From Nitrospirota bacterium (GTDB taxonomy: Bacteria; Nitrospirota; UBA9217): a stretch of DNA of 64,000 bases. Below, in pieces: positions 10,488 to 20,711 of this stretch. The notes under the pieces are model-generated. The model was not told the origin of the DNA. It saw only the letters and a list, made by a program, of their open reading frames with translations, and did no database searches. How positions within the stretch are numbered: the first letter of the stretch is position 1; each line of letters begins with the position of its first letter. The position numbers were made by a program, and so were the translations under genes. The stretch spans positions 640,001-704,000 of the forward strand of contig CAWBNQ010000001.1 in assembly GCA_963790205.1 (NCBI GenBank), written 5' to 3'.

Positions 10488-11234
10488 TTAATTTCGACGA
10501 GTTGTTCCTGCGTGGAAAAGCTTATCCCGTGTGGCCACAAGCAGCTCAGCCTCGGGGCAGGCGGGTGAGTTCAACACTTCGCTTGCAGTACCGGTCTGTA
10601 CGACCCTGCCGTTAGCCAGAATGATCAGCCGGTCCGCAAGGGCAGCGGCCTCGGCAAGATCATGAGTCACGAGCACGACAGGAATGGGAAATTCGCGCCG
10701 TATCTCCTTTAAGAAGTTCCGCATTTCAGAACGCAGGGGTGCGTCGAGAGCAGAAAAGGGTTCGTCCAGGAGAAGCGCGTCGGGCCTGCGGATGAGCGCC
10801 CGGGCAAGGGCAACGCGCTGCTTCTGTCCTCCGGATATCTCAGTTGGGAACTTATTCTCCAGTCCCGCGATCATGAAACGATCCATCATATCCCGGCAGC
10901 GCAGCTCTCGCTCCATCTTATTCAATCCGTGGGCGCCGTAGTGAATGTTTCCCCGGACCGTCATATGCGGGAAGAGTGCGAGGTCCTGGAACACGTATCC
11001 AAAAGATCGCGCTTGCGGAGGCAGATTGATTGCCGCCGTGCCGTTGAACAGGGACTTTCCGTTCAAATAGATTTCCCCTTCGTCAGGCTTCATCAGACCC
11101 GCGATCATCCGAAGCGTCATGGATTTGCCCGCGCCTGAGTAGCCGAAGAGAACGGCCAGTTCATCGCCGATCTCCCATTGCGCGTGGAGCTTGAAGCCGT
11201 TGACGCCTTTTCTGATATTGATGGAAAGTCCCAT
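10488..11234 (-). CDS. modC: Molybdate ABC transporter ATP-binding protein
   Basis: GYSGAGKS Walker A, ISGGQKQR, LLLDEPFSALD; follows modAB. Confidence 0.9.
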   Translation of the reverse strand: MGLSINIRKGVNGFKLHAQWEIGDELAVLFGYSGAGKSMTLRMIAGLMKPDEGEIYLNGKSLFNGTAAINLPPQARSFGYVFQDLALFPHMTVRGNIHYGAHGLNKMERELRCRDMMDRFMIAGLENKFPTEISGGQKQRVALARALIRRPDALLLDEPFSALDAPLRSEMRNFLKEIRREFPIPVVLVTHDLAEAAALADRLIILANGRVVQTGTASEVLNSPACPEAELLVATRDKLFHAGTTRRN

Positions 11235-11899
11235 TAGATGACCCGTTTCGTCAGCCTGTTCGCCGCGTACAGGAAAAGCCCGCAGATCAGCGTAAACAGA
11301 AGGGCCATCGTGTTCGCCTCCGACCAGTCGCCGCTTGCCGCCGAAGAGTAAATCGCCAGCGGCATGGTGTTCGTTCTGCCGGGAAGGTTGCCCGCCAGCA
11401 TGAGTGTCGCGCCGAACTCTCCCATGGCTCGGGCGAAGGAAAGTATTGTCCCGGCAATGATGCCTTTTCCGGCCAGCGGGAAAACGACCTTAACGGCGGT
11501 CCACCATTCCGAATGGCCCAGGGTATAGGATGCGTTGATCAGGTTCTTATCCACGGATTCGATAGCTGCCCGCGCCGCCTTCACCATGAGCGGCAATGCG
11601 ACTACGAACGATGCAAGTACCGCAGCATACCACGTGAACATGATGCTCCACCCGGTCCAGGCGTACAGATGCCTGCCGAGAAGCCCGTTCCTGCCGAAGA
11701 GGACGATGAGGTAATAGCCGGTGACCGTCGGCGGAAGTACGAGCGGGAGAGTCAGCAATATGTCGAGCAATTCCTTGCCAGGAAAGTTTTTGCGGGCAAG
11801 AAGGTAGGCGGCAGACAGGCCGACGATCACGACAAATATTGTCGCGACCGTAGCCACCTGCACGGAAAGTTTCATGGAGAACAACAGGGAGTTATCCAT
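11234..11899 (-). CDS. modB: Molybdate ABC transporter permease
   Basis: LPLVLPPTVTGYYL, FARAMGEFGAT. Confidence 0.92.
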   Translation of the reverse strand: MDNSLLFSMKLSVQVATVATIFVVIVGLSAAYLLARKNFPGKELLDILLTLPLVLPPTVTGYYLIVLFGRNGLLGRHLYAWTGWSIMFTWYAAVLASFVVALPLMVKAARAAIESVDKNLINASYTLGHSEWWTAVKVVFPLAGKGIIAGTILSFARAMGEFGATLMLAGNLPGRTNTMPLAIYSSAASGDWSEANTMALLFTLICGLFLYAANRLTKRVI

Positions 11900-11933
11900 T
11901 ATGCCGCTCCTGTTCTCTCCGCATGGCAAACGC

Positions 11934-12722
11934 CTACTTTGTCGTTGTTATCGGCTTGAATCCATACTTGGAGAGTATTTTTCTGCCCTCGCCAGAGGTA
12001 ATAAAAGCTAGGAAGCTCTTTGCCGCCTTCTCGTTCTTCGTGCCCTTCACGACGGCAATGGGGTAGATGATGGGTTTATGGCTCGCATCAGGCGCGGTCG
12101 CGATAACCTTGACCTCCCGCTGCTTCACCATCGCATCGGTTGAATACACGACACCGGCGTCCACTTCACCCCGGGCCACGTAATCAAGCACCTGCCGCAC
12201 GTTCTCGGCAAAAATCAGCTTGGGCCGTATCATATCAGATATTTTGTAATATTGGAATGTCTCGTCCGAATATCTGCCGACGGGAACGGTTTTCGGATTT
12301 CCCACGGCGATTTTCTTTATCTCCGCCTTTTTCAGATCCTCAAACGAGGTAAGCGTGATCTTCGAGGATGAAGGGACGATAAGGGCCACGGAATTCGAGA
12401 CAAAATTCGTTCTCGTATCTTTCACGACAAAACCCGCATTGTCGAGTTCATCCATGTCCTTCTGCGCTGCGGAAGCGAACACGTCCACCGGAGCCCCGCC
12501 CTTGATCTGCGCCATCAGGTCGCCCGATGCGCCGAGGTTGAACGTGACCTTGCTGTCCTTGTTCTGTGACTCGTAAAGTTTGCCGATCTCTTCAAAGGCG
12601 TTCTTGAGGCTGATTGCAGCTGATACCGTTATTTCTGTTGCTGGTTCAGCAAGAGCGCTTCCAACATGAAGAACCGCCGCAAAATGAAATAGAACGAACA
12701 ACAAAACTGTTTTCTTTATCAT
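11934..12722 (-). CDS. modA: Molybdate ABC transporter substrate-binding protein
   Basis: Signal peptide, SAAISL, GASGDL, GAPVDVFASA, VPVGRY, NVRQVL, VYSTDA. Confidence 0.93.
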   Translation of the reverse strand: MIKKTVLLFVLFHFAAVLHVGSALAEPATEITVSAAISLKNAFEEIGKLYESQNKDSKVTFNLGASGDLMAQIKGGAPVDVFASAAQKDMDELDNAGFVVKDTRTNFVSNSVALIVPSSSKITLTSFEDLKKAEIKKIAVGNPKTVPVGRYSDETFQYYKISDMIRPKLIFAENVRQVLDYVARGEVDAGVVYSTDAMVKQREVKVIATAPDASHKPIIYPIAVVKGTKNEKAAKSFLAFITSGEGRKILSKYGFKPITTTK

Positions 12723-12769
12723 GATTCAAGCTTCTCTTTCGGCAACTGACCATCTGATGAGAATGACCT

Positions 12770-12786
12770 TGCAATGTCTCTGCCAA
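12770..12786 (-). promoter_or_regulatory. Sigma-54 (-24/-12) promoter upstream of modABC
   Basis: Minus strand TTGGCAGAGACATTGCA = GG-N10-GC consensus, about 50 nt before modA ATG. Confidence 0.65.
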
Positions 12787-13002
12787 TTTATATTTTCTTA
12801 ATTTTCAGGCAATCCCGCGTTCGGGTAAACTTAGGAGCTGATGAGTAAATAGGCATATGCACCGGGCGAATGCACTCCTCTATAGCTCGATTACATTATA
12901 TCATGATCGCAATGACGGCACGATTTCGGGAAGCTGCGCGGATGCCGCGTATTTTGATGGATTCTACGAGAAGCTGTGTAAAAGCATCAATAAGAGCAAC
13001 CA

Positions 13003-15744
13003 TCATATATCATCCGTACGGCTAATCGATTTTTCCTCAGCAAATAACTTCTCTATCCTCACGGCGCAGGCCTTGTACTCAGGCGTTCCGGTTATGGGGT
13101 CCCGGTGGCCGGAGGTAAGAATATTGGTGAGCGCATTCCTGAAGTGAAACGTAAGAAATACGTTGCCGGGCTGCGACCGGTCGGTTACTTTTGCCTTTAC
13201 CAGGACCTCGCCCCTTCGCGAAGCAACGCGGACCCGGTCCCCGCTCTTCATGTATAACGACTCCGCATCCTGTGCGTTCAGTTCCAGCAGCTCTTCGGGA
13301 ACCAGCTCCATGATCCCCGGCACCCTGCCGGTCATGGACCCGTTGTTGTAATGCTCGCGCACCCTGCCGGTGATCAACACGAAGGGATACTGTTCGTCAA
13401 TGGTTTCAGCGGAGCCTTTATGGTCGAGGGCCATGAACTTTGCCAGCCCGCCGGGACGAGCGAACAGATCGGTATAGAGCGTCGTCGTGCCGGGATGGTC
13501 CTTGGTCGGACAGGGCCACTGGATCCCTTGGTCCTCGATGCGCTCATAGCTTATGCCGCCGTAGATCGGCACCAGGCTTGCGATCTCATCCATGATGTCG
13601 GACGGATGATTGTAGTCCATGGGATAGCCCATGAGCGTTGAAAGCCTGCTGATGACCTGCCACTCCGCCATGCCCGCGACCGGTTCTATTGCTTTTCGTA
13701 CGCGCTGCACTCTCCGTTCGCCGTTCGTGAACGTCCCGTTTTTCTCGGCAAAGCTTGCGCCGGGGAGCACCACGTGGGCGTACTTCGTTGTCTCGGTCGG
13801 GAAGATGTCCTGCACCACGAGGAACTCGACCGACTCCAGCGCGCTCCTGACATGATTGAGGTCAGGGTCGGTCTGCGCAGGGTCTTCTCCGAGAATGAAC
13901 AAGCCCTTGAAATTCCCGCGCTTGCACTCATCCAGCATCTCGATCGATTTGAGCCCGGGCTTCGGACTGATCTTTACCTTCCAGGTCTTTTCGAATTTTT
14001 TACGGGCATGAGCGTCAGTGACCGGCTGATACCCCGGAAGCGTGGCCGGCAAGGGGCCGAGGTCGGACGCGCCCTGGACATTGTTCTGGCCCCGGAGCGC
14101 CATGATGCCCGTAGAAGGCCTTCCGAGGTGGCCGCAGACGATCGCGAGATTCGCGATCGCCATCGCATTCTCCGTGCCGGTCTGGTGTTCGGTGACGCCG
14201 AGGCCGTACACGATCATCGCCTTGTCAGCATGGGAATAGATTCTGGCCGCCTCGATGATGGTCTCTTTTCCAACGTTGGTAAGCTTCTCGACCCGGTCAA
14301 GATCGTATTCTTTCACCTTCTTCCTGAGATCGCCAAACCCTTCCGTTCTTTTTACGATGAACTGCGTGTTCTCCCACCCATTTTGCAGAATAACATTGAT
14401 CATGCCGTTCAGGAGCGCGATGTTGCTGCCGGGCTTCAGGTTGAGCCAGACGTCGGCCTTCCTCGCCATCCAGGTCTTTCTCGGATCAGCCACAACGAGC
14501 TTCGCGCCCTTGGCGAGCGCCTTCTTCAGCCACAGAGAAACGATGGGATGCGCTTCCGTGGGGTTCGACCCGAACAGGAAGAGCGTCTCGATGTCTGCCA
14601 TCTGGCTCAATGAATTCGTAGCGGCTCCCGCTCCGAGGCTCGTGGCCAGACCGGCCACAGTCGGGGCGTGTCAGACACGCGCGCAGTTGTCCACGTTGTT
14701 GGACCCGACTGCGCATCTGACCCACTTGGAAAGGAGGTAGTTCTCTTCATTCGTGCACCGAGATGAGGATAACCCGCCGACTTTTTCAGGCCCGTGCTTT
14801 ATGATCAATTCTTTAAATTTCGTTGCGACCAGTTCAAGCGCTTCGTCCCAGGTTGCCTCGTGAAAGACCCCGTCCTTTTTGATGAGAGGGGTCTTGAGCC
14901 GTTCCGGGCTGTGAATGAAATCGTAGCCGTATCTTCCTTTTATGCAGAGGTTGCCCTGATTCACGGGCGCTTCATAGTCGGATGACACTTTGATGACTTT
15001 TTTGTCTTTCACGTGCAAATAGAAGTTGCAGCCCGTGCCGCAGTAGGAGCAGGTGGTCTTCACTTTCGTCACGTCATGAGAACGTCCCTTGTGCCTGCCT
15101 TTCTTGTCGGTCAGCGCCCCTGTCGGGCAGGTGGAGACGCACTGGCCGCAGAACTCGCAGTTTTTTAACGAGCGCGGCTTGCTAAAAGCCGTATCGGGCA
15201 TCGTGTGAAAACCCCGGCCCGCCATCTCTATCGTGCCCGCCATGACCACGTCGTTGCAGATCCGCGTGCACCGCGAGCAGGAAATACATTTGTTCGGTTC
15301 AAACGTTATGAACGGATTATCTTCTCGTATCGGCAGGTCCCACCGTTCGCCCTCGTACATTCCGGGTTTAACATCATAGAAATAGGCCAGTTCCTGAAGC
15401 GTGCAGTCCCCGGCATTATCACAACACATGCAGTCATTGGGGTGATTCGAAAGAATCAGGGACAGCGTGGTTCTTCTGAGCCTCGTAAGTGTTTCGCTTT
15501 CCGTCGTGACTTCCATCCCGTCTTCAGCCGGCGTTGTACAGGAGGTCAGCGGCCTGCCCACGCCTTTCACCTCGACAAGGCATAACCGGCAGCCTCCGTA
15601 GGCTTCAAGCCGTTCGTCGTAACAGAGCGTCGGAATAAAGATGGCGGCTGCCCTGCAGGCCTCCAGAATGGATTTGCCCCGGTGGGCAGTGACGTGACGT
15701 CCATTGACGGTGAGCGTTATGGTTCGTTCTGCCGTTGTATTCAA
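13003..15744 (-). CDS. fdhF: Selenocysteine-containing formate dehydrogenase alpha subunit (913 aa, N-terminal Fe-S domains)
   Basis: ORFs 14671-15744 and 13003-14658 are in frame and joined by TGA at 14671-14673 in NCARV-U-HAPTVAGL; CSYCGTGC, LRGQNNVQG, PEYKACAV. Confidence 0.93.
14642..14658 (-). promoter_or_regulatory. Bacterial SECIS element
   Basis: GTGGCC-GGTCT-GGCCAC hairpin 12 nt after the in-frame TGA; GGUCU loop region like the E. coli fdhF SECIS. Confidence 0.88.
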
Positions 15745-15853
15745 TATCGTCGTGTCCCTTCACGAGGTTGCTGCCGGCTGTTTGCACCGATCACGATACT
15801 GCATGATATGCGACCGCTCGCATGAATGCAAATTCCTTTTTATCATCCCGGGA

Positions 15854-15892
15854 ATGAATTCCTTGCATGGAGCGTTTATGATTTTTTTTCAT
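15854..15892. promoter_or_regulatory. LysR-type operator pair in the fdh/lysR divergent region
   Basis: ATGAATTCCTTGCAT (15854-15868) and ATGATTTTTTTTCAT (15878-15892), both T-N11-A. Confidence 0.6.
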
Positions 15893-15990
15893 GCCTTCCA
15901 TGACTTCCCGACCGCAAACACCTTCCGCAGGAATTCATTGACAAAGCAGAAGGGTGTCCTTACAATGAAGCGCTGTAGGGCCTCCATGCC

Positions 15991-16896
15991 ATGGAAGACC
16001 ACCGATTAAAATCATATTGTCTTGTCGTCGAGACCAAGAGCTTTTCCCGGGCGGCCCAGGCAAAACACATGACTCAGTCCGCCATGAGTCGTCTGGTAAA
16101 AAGTCTCGAGGAGGAGCTGGGGGTAACGCTGCTCCATCGCAAGGGGAAGGCTGTCGCGCCCACAGCCGAGGGGAGACTGTTTTACGAACACGCGAAGAAT
16201 ATCCTTGAAGGCTATTTGCGTATGGAGCAGGACATCGGCGCCGCGGCACACGCGGCAAAAAGCGTCTTGCGTCTGGGAGCCAGCAGAACCCCGGCTGTAC
16301 ATCTTCTGCCCCAGGTCATCTATGAGTTTTCCAAAGCTCACCCCGGCATCAGCATAGACCTTTCGGTGTGCAAGACCTCGAGCGTTTTTCGGGACCTCCG
16401 TGAGAGCAGGATCGATATGGGAATTGTCGAGGGGACCATCATCGACAAGACCTTTTCCGCGGATGCCATAGCCGAGGACGAAGTTGTCATCATCTCCTCT
16501 GAGAACCATCCTCTGACGAAAAAAAAGAACATCACCTTGCAGGAGTTGACTGCTGAGCCGTTCATTCTTCCCGACCGCGGCTCGGGAACACGGGAACTGG
16601 TGGATGATTTTTTTCAGGAAGCGGGGATCGACGCGAGAACCATCAAGGTCCGCATGACTCTCGGCAGCCCGGAAATGATCGTTCAGATGGTCCAGGCGGG
16701 GCTGGGCATCGCATTCGCGTCGAAGTGGTCGGTATTTACCGCGGTCAAGGAAGGAACGGTGAAATTACTGAGAATACCGGGAAAGAAGATGAAGCGGCAC
16801 TTTTACCTTATCAGCAGCGACAAAGGAACTCTTTCGGCTACTGTTATCATATTTAGAGATTTCATTAAGAAGCACAGTTTTTTCATCCCGTTTTAA
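15991..16896 (+). CDS. LysR family regulator (CysL / selenium-metabolism-associated type)
   Basis: SFSRAA..MTQSAMS HTH, GSGTRE, GLGIAF; divergent from fdh. Confidence 0.9.
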   Translation: MEDHRLKSYCLVVETKSFSRAAQAKHMTQSAMSRLVKSLEEELGVTLLHRKGKAVAPTAEGRLFYEHAKNILEGYLRMEQDIGAAAHAAKSVLRLGASRTPAVHLLPQVIYEFSKAHPGISIDLSVCKTSSVFRDLRESRIDMGIVEGTIIDKTFSADAIAEDEVVIISSENHPLTKKKNITLQELTAEPFILPDRGSGTRELVDDFFQEAGIDARTIKVRMTLGSPEMIVQMVQAGLGIAFASKWSVFTAVKEGTVKLLRIPGKKMKRHFYLISSDKGTLSATVIIFRDFIKKHSFFIPF

Positions 16897-17014
16897 ATGG
16901 AGACTGACTACGGAATCGAACCGAAGACAAGCCATGCACGGCTGTCCAGCGGGGTTGAAGCCCGCTGCCGGCGCCAGCCGACAGAGCCAGTCCTGACAAT
17001 GAAAACTCTTCGTT

Positions 17015-17614
17015 CTATACCCACACGACCTTGTCGAAGTCCTGCATGCCTTCCACAATTTGATTGGTCGTGCCCCTGTTGCCGACCTTGAGTTCCGACT
17101 CAAGATTATAGTGCTTCAAACAGGTGCCGCAGGAATATATCTCCACGCCAAGTCCCGCGAGCTTTTTCAACACAGCCACGGTTTCCTCGTTCACCGTGGT
17201 CAGCTTTACGCCCGCGTTCAAGAAGAACACGGTGTGCGGAAGCTGCTTGTAGGCCTTCATGGTATCAAAAAAACCTTTGATAAGCTTTTTCCCCAGGTCC
17301 TCGTCCTTGCCAAGACTGTCGGTCCCGATAATGAGTAGCAGCGTCTTTTTCTTCGGTGCCGGTTCAGTACCTGCAACTACCGGCTCAATACTGGGTTTAC
17401 AGGTATATCCCTTCACGACCTTAACCTTCCAATCCTTGCCTTCTCTCGTAGTCTCGGCAAACATGCCGTGTTGCGTCGCATAACCCGATACATTGTCCGC
17501 CGAATCCTCATTGTCCACCAGCACTTCGATGATGCCCTCGTTGATCTTCGAGAGTGCTTCCTCGGTCATCATGACCGGAAGGGGACAGCCTTTACCACGC
17601 GCATCTATCTGCAT
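17015..17614 (-). CDS. yedF: Selenium metabolism sulfurtransferase-like protein (TusA/SirA + DsrE domains)
   Basis: IDARGKGCPLPV TusA motif; FLNAGVKL and SCGTCL DsrE-like motif. Confidence 0.88.
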   Translation of the reverse strand: MQIDARGKGCPLPVMMTEEALSKINEGIIEVLVDNEDSADNVSGYATQHGMFAETTREGKDWKVKVVKGYTCKPSIEPVVAGTEPAPKKKTLLLIIGTDSLGKDEDLGKKLIKGFFDTMKAYKQLPHTVFFLNAGVKLTTVNEETVAVLKKLAGLGVEIYSCGTCLKHYNLESELKVGNRGTTNQIVEGMQDFDKVVWV

Positions 17615-17659
17615 ATCGCCGCCTTTCGGCCGGGCTCCGTAAATTCGAGCTACTTTACC

Positions 17660-17696
17660 ATAGGCTTGCTTGATATGTAAAATAGGTATTTTCGAT
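17660..17696. promoter_or_regulatory. Putative LysR operator pair upstream of yedF
   Basis: ATAGGCTTGCTTGAT and ATAGGTATTTTCGAT, T-N11-A, 22 bp apart. Confidence 0.5.
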
Positions 17697-17759
17697 TAGC
17701 AGGAAGACAAGCATCGGCACTATCAGCAGACAGGAAAACCGGGAAGATGTTGTTTACGA

Positions 17760-18638
17760 TCATTCTTTAAGGTGATCGAGAAAAAGAGAATAGAGGAGCG
17801 GAAGGGCGCGTTTCTTGTGCGTCACCAGGTAAAGCATCCTTTTCATGGGCGGGGCGGCAAGCCGGACTTCCTTCAGGAGCTTGTGTTTGAGCTCTTCCGT
17901 GACGGAGAAGCGCGACAGGATCGTCAACCCCAGGCCCGCCTTGGCAGCTTGCTTGACGGCATCGGTGGAGCCGAAGATGCCGGCCACCTTCACGCTTCCG
18001 CAGGCGACCCCCTGCCCCTCAAGCAGCTTTTCCGCCTCACGCCTGGTTCCCGAGCCTTCTTCCCGCAGAACCATGGGATATCGGCACAGGTCTTTCAGGG
18101 CTATCCTGCTGCTCTTCATGAACGAAGGCGAGGCAACGATGATGAGTTCGTCCTCCAGGAACGGGATATAGTGTATTTGTGCATCGGTGATTTTTGAGCC
18201 CACAATTCCCAGGAGGACGTGATGCGACACCACCTGCTGTACGATCTCCTGTGAGTCCCCGACGCGCACCTGAAAGGATACCTCCGGATGTTTTCGTTTG
18301 AAACCGGACATCAGGGCCGGCAGCAGATAGGTGCCGGGAATGGTGCTCGCGCCTACGATCAACTCACCGGCGACCTCTTTTTTGAGCCGCCCGAGTACGC
18401 TCTTGACGTCCTCGGCCTTTTCGACCAGCTCCAAGGCATGGTTGTATAAGACATCCGCCTCACGGGTGGGAATGATCTTCTTGCCGAGCCGTTCGAACAA
18501 TGTGCAGTTCAATTCGCGCTCAAGTGTCTTGATGTGTTCACTGACGGTCGGCTGGGTCAGATGAAGCTCAATCGACGCTTTGGAAAAGCCCCGGTTCCTG
18601 AACACCGACAAGAATATCCTGAGATGATGCAATTCCAT
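17760..18638 (-). CDS. Selenium-metabolism-associated LysR family regulator
   Basis: FSKAS..LTQPTVSEHI, GASTIPGTY, REEGSGTR; directly upstream of yedF. Confidence 0.9.
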   Translation of the reverse strand: MELHHLRIFLSVFRNRGFSKASIELHLTQPTVSEHIKTLERELNCTLFERLGKKIIPTREADVLYNHALELVEKAEDVKSVLGRLKKEVAGELIVGASTIPGTYLLPALMSGFKRKHPEVSFQVRVGDSQEIVQQVVSHHVLLGIVGSKITDAQIHYIPFLEDELIIVASPSFMKSSRIALKDLCRYPMVLREEGSGTRREAEKLLEGQGVACGSVKVAGIFGSTDAVKQAAKAGLGLTILSRFSVTEELKHKLLKEVRLAAPPMKRMLYLVTHKKRALPLLYSLFLDHLKE

Positions 18639-18741
18639 AGCGTGACAATAGCATCTCTGTACGCTTCAAGTCAATAGAGATAAGAGGGATGGTTCTCTTT
18701 TCAACGCGGTGGTTGTTGACGGGCCGCGCCCTGGGGTTTAA

Positions 18742-19405
18742 ATCTTCCGCGGCGGCTATCGCAATCTGAAGAGCTTCCCGCTTGCGCAGCTTGTCTATGA
18801 CGTGACGGTCCGGTTTTGCGACCGTTACCTCGACAAGCGCAGCCGAACCCGCGATCAGATGGTGCAGGCGGCCAGGAGCGGAGTGCAGAACATCGCCGAG
18901 AGGAGCCAGGCGTCGGCAACTTCCAAGAAAACCGAGCTCAAACTGACCAACGTGGCCCGGGCGAGCCTGAAGGAGCTGCGCCTCGATTACGAGGATTTTC
19001 TGCGGCGGCGCGAGCTGCAGAAGTGGGAGCCGGACCACCCGGCTTTCAAGCGCTTCAAGGCGAAGCGTTGTTCCTCTTGGAGGATGTGCGGGCCTGGGTG
19101 GAGGAAGAACAAAATCACACGGACAAGAAAGAGCTCACAGGGGGACAAAAGCACACGGACAAACAAAGACAAACACGGACTGACACGGAAAAAAAACAAA
19201 AGTCAGGTGTCCGTGGCTGTCGGTGCAAATCCGTGCCGGTCCCTGTCAGAATCCACGCTGGTGGCCAATGCCGTGCTTTCGCGTTTTGAACTTGTGCTGC
19301 TACTTGCTTGATCGACAGATAGAGGCACAGGCAAAAGCTTTTGAAACAAAAGGCGGTTTCGCGGAGAGGCTGTATCGGGTAAGGAGCGCTAGAAGGAAAA
19401 GATGA
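18742..19405 (+). pseudogene. Four-helix-bundle (suffix-domain type) protein, disrupted
   Basis: GGYRNLKSF..DQMVQAARSGVQNIAE..TNVARASL, VANA, YLLDRQI..GGFAERLY pieces spread over three frames; in-frame TAA at 18739 and no start codon. Confidence 0.75.
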
Positions 19406-19428
19406 GGATGGCCTTTTCCTCATTGGAA

Positions 19429-20484
19429 TCAAGAAGGAACTGAAGGCTTTTCAATAATCCCTCCGCCCACGACAACTTCCCCATCATAAAACACGGCGGC
19501 CTGGCCCGGACAAACTCCGGGAACCGGTTTCTCAAAGATGACATGAACGCTGTTTGCGGTCAATGGTTCGATAGAGGCGGAGACAAAAGAGGAGCGGTAC
19601 CGGATTTTGACCGTAATGTTCATCCGATCTCGGAGTTCATTGACAGCGATAAAGTTCGGGTCCGACACCATCATCCCGCTGGTTTCAAGCTCGGACAGCC
19701 TCCCGAGTACGATCCTGTTCGTCTCCCGTTCAACTCTCACAACATAGAGCCGCTCCCCGGCAGCCACCCCGAGCTTCCTTCGCTGTCCCACGGTGAAGAA
19801 CGCGATGCCGTCGTGTTTGCCCACGACTTTTCCGTCGGCCATGACTATCTCGCCGGACCGAAGGACCCCGGGCGCGTGCTCCTTCAGGAACGAGCGGTAG
19901 TTATTGTCCGGAACGAAACAAATCTCCTGGCTCTCAGGCCGCTCGGCTGCGGGAAGGGCGCGCTCGCGCGCAAGCGTTCTCACTTCGGCTTTTCGTAATC
20001 CTCCGAGCGGAAAAAGGATGTGCGCCATTTGTTCCTGGGTCAAGCGGTACAGGAAGTAGCTCTGGTCCTTGCCAGCGTCGATTCCCTTTTTAAGAAGAAA
20101 GCGGGATGTGGATTGATCCTGTTCGATACGTGCGTAGTGGCCCGTGGCGAGATAATCAAATCCGTTCGAGCGGGTATAATCCAAAAGCAGCTGAAATTTG
20201 ACGAGGTCGTTGCACTTGATGCAGGGGTTCGGAGTACGGCCGCGACGGTATTCCGAAATAAAATTCTGAACAACGACCTGAGAAAACTCGGTCTGCGCGT
20301 CGATCATGCGGTGCGGAATGCCGAGGCGCCGGCACACGGCCTGCGCGGAGCCGATGTCGCAGCACAGCCCGGCCGTGAGTTTCATGGTCGCGCCTTCGAC
20401 AATGAATCCCTGGTTCTGAAGGAGTGCTGCGGCAACGGAGCTGTCCACTCCGCCGCTCATGGCTACAAGAACGCGCTTTTTCAT
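19429..20484 (-). CDS. mnmA: tRNA 2-thiouridine(34) synthase
   Basis: AMSGGVDSS, TPNPCIKCN, ATGHYA, KDQSYFL, ESQEICF, TVGQRR, PGQAAVFY. Confidence 0.95.
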   Translation of the reverse strand: MKKRVLVAMSGGVDSSVAAALLQNQGFIVEGATMKLTAGLCCDIGSAQAVCRRLGIPHRMIDAQTEFSQVVVQNFISEYRRGRTPNPCIKCNDLVKFQLLLDYTRSNGFDYLATGHYARIEQDQSTSRFLLKKGIDAGKDQSYFLYRLTQEQMAHILFPLGGLRKAEVRTLARERALPAAERPESQEICFVPDNNYRSFLKEHAPGVLRSGEIVMADGKVVGKHDGIAFFTVGQRRKLGVAAGERLYVVRVERETNRIVLGRLSELETSGMMVSDPNFIAVNELRDRMNITVKIRYRSSFVSASIEPLTANSVHVIFEKPVPGVCPGQAAVFYDGEVVVGGGIIEKPSVPS

Positions 20485-20591
20485 AAGAACCCGACCCGGA
20501 CAGGCGGGGACCAAAAGAAGTCTCCCGCGCCCTGCACTCGCGCTCGCCCTGCATTCGCGTAAACACTCATAAGCGCTGGGTGCAGGCAAAG

Positions 20592-20680
20592 CCCGCAAAG
20601 GACGCCAAGAACGCCTTTAAGTCCCGGCTTTAAAATACGAATGCTTTAGCCTTTCTTTGCGAGCTTGGCGTCGTTGCGAG
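20592..20680. repeat. REP-like palindromic element
   Basis: cgcaaaggacgccaag ... cttggcgtcgttgcg inverted arms. Confidence 0.55.
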
Positions 20681-20711
20681 GAATGATTTTTCGCCTTGAC
20701 TTCAGGTTTAT

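Noticed and set aside
13003..15744. fdh as two genes or a nonsense pseudogene
   Set aside because: The stop is a TGA at the catalytic Sec position with a SECIS
19110..19250. CRISPR-like or DGR-like repeats near the four-helix-bundle gene
   Set aside because: Units are short and irregular with no spacers; no cas or reverse transcriptase gene and no TR/VR pair seen in the window
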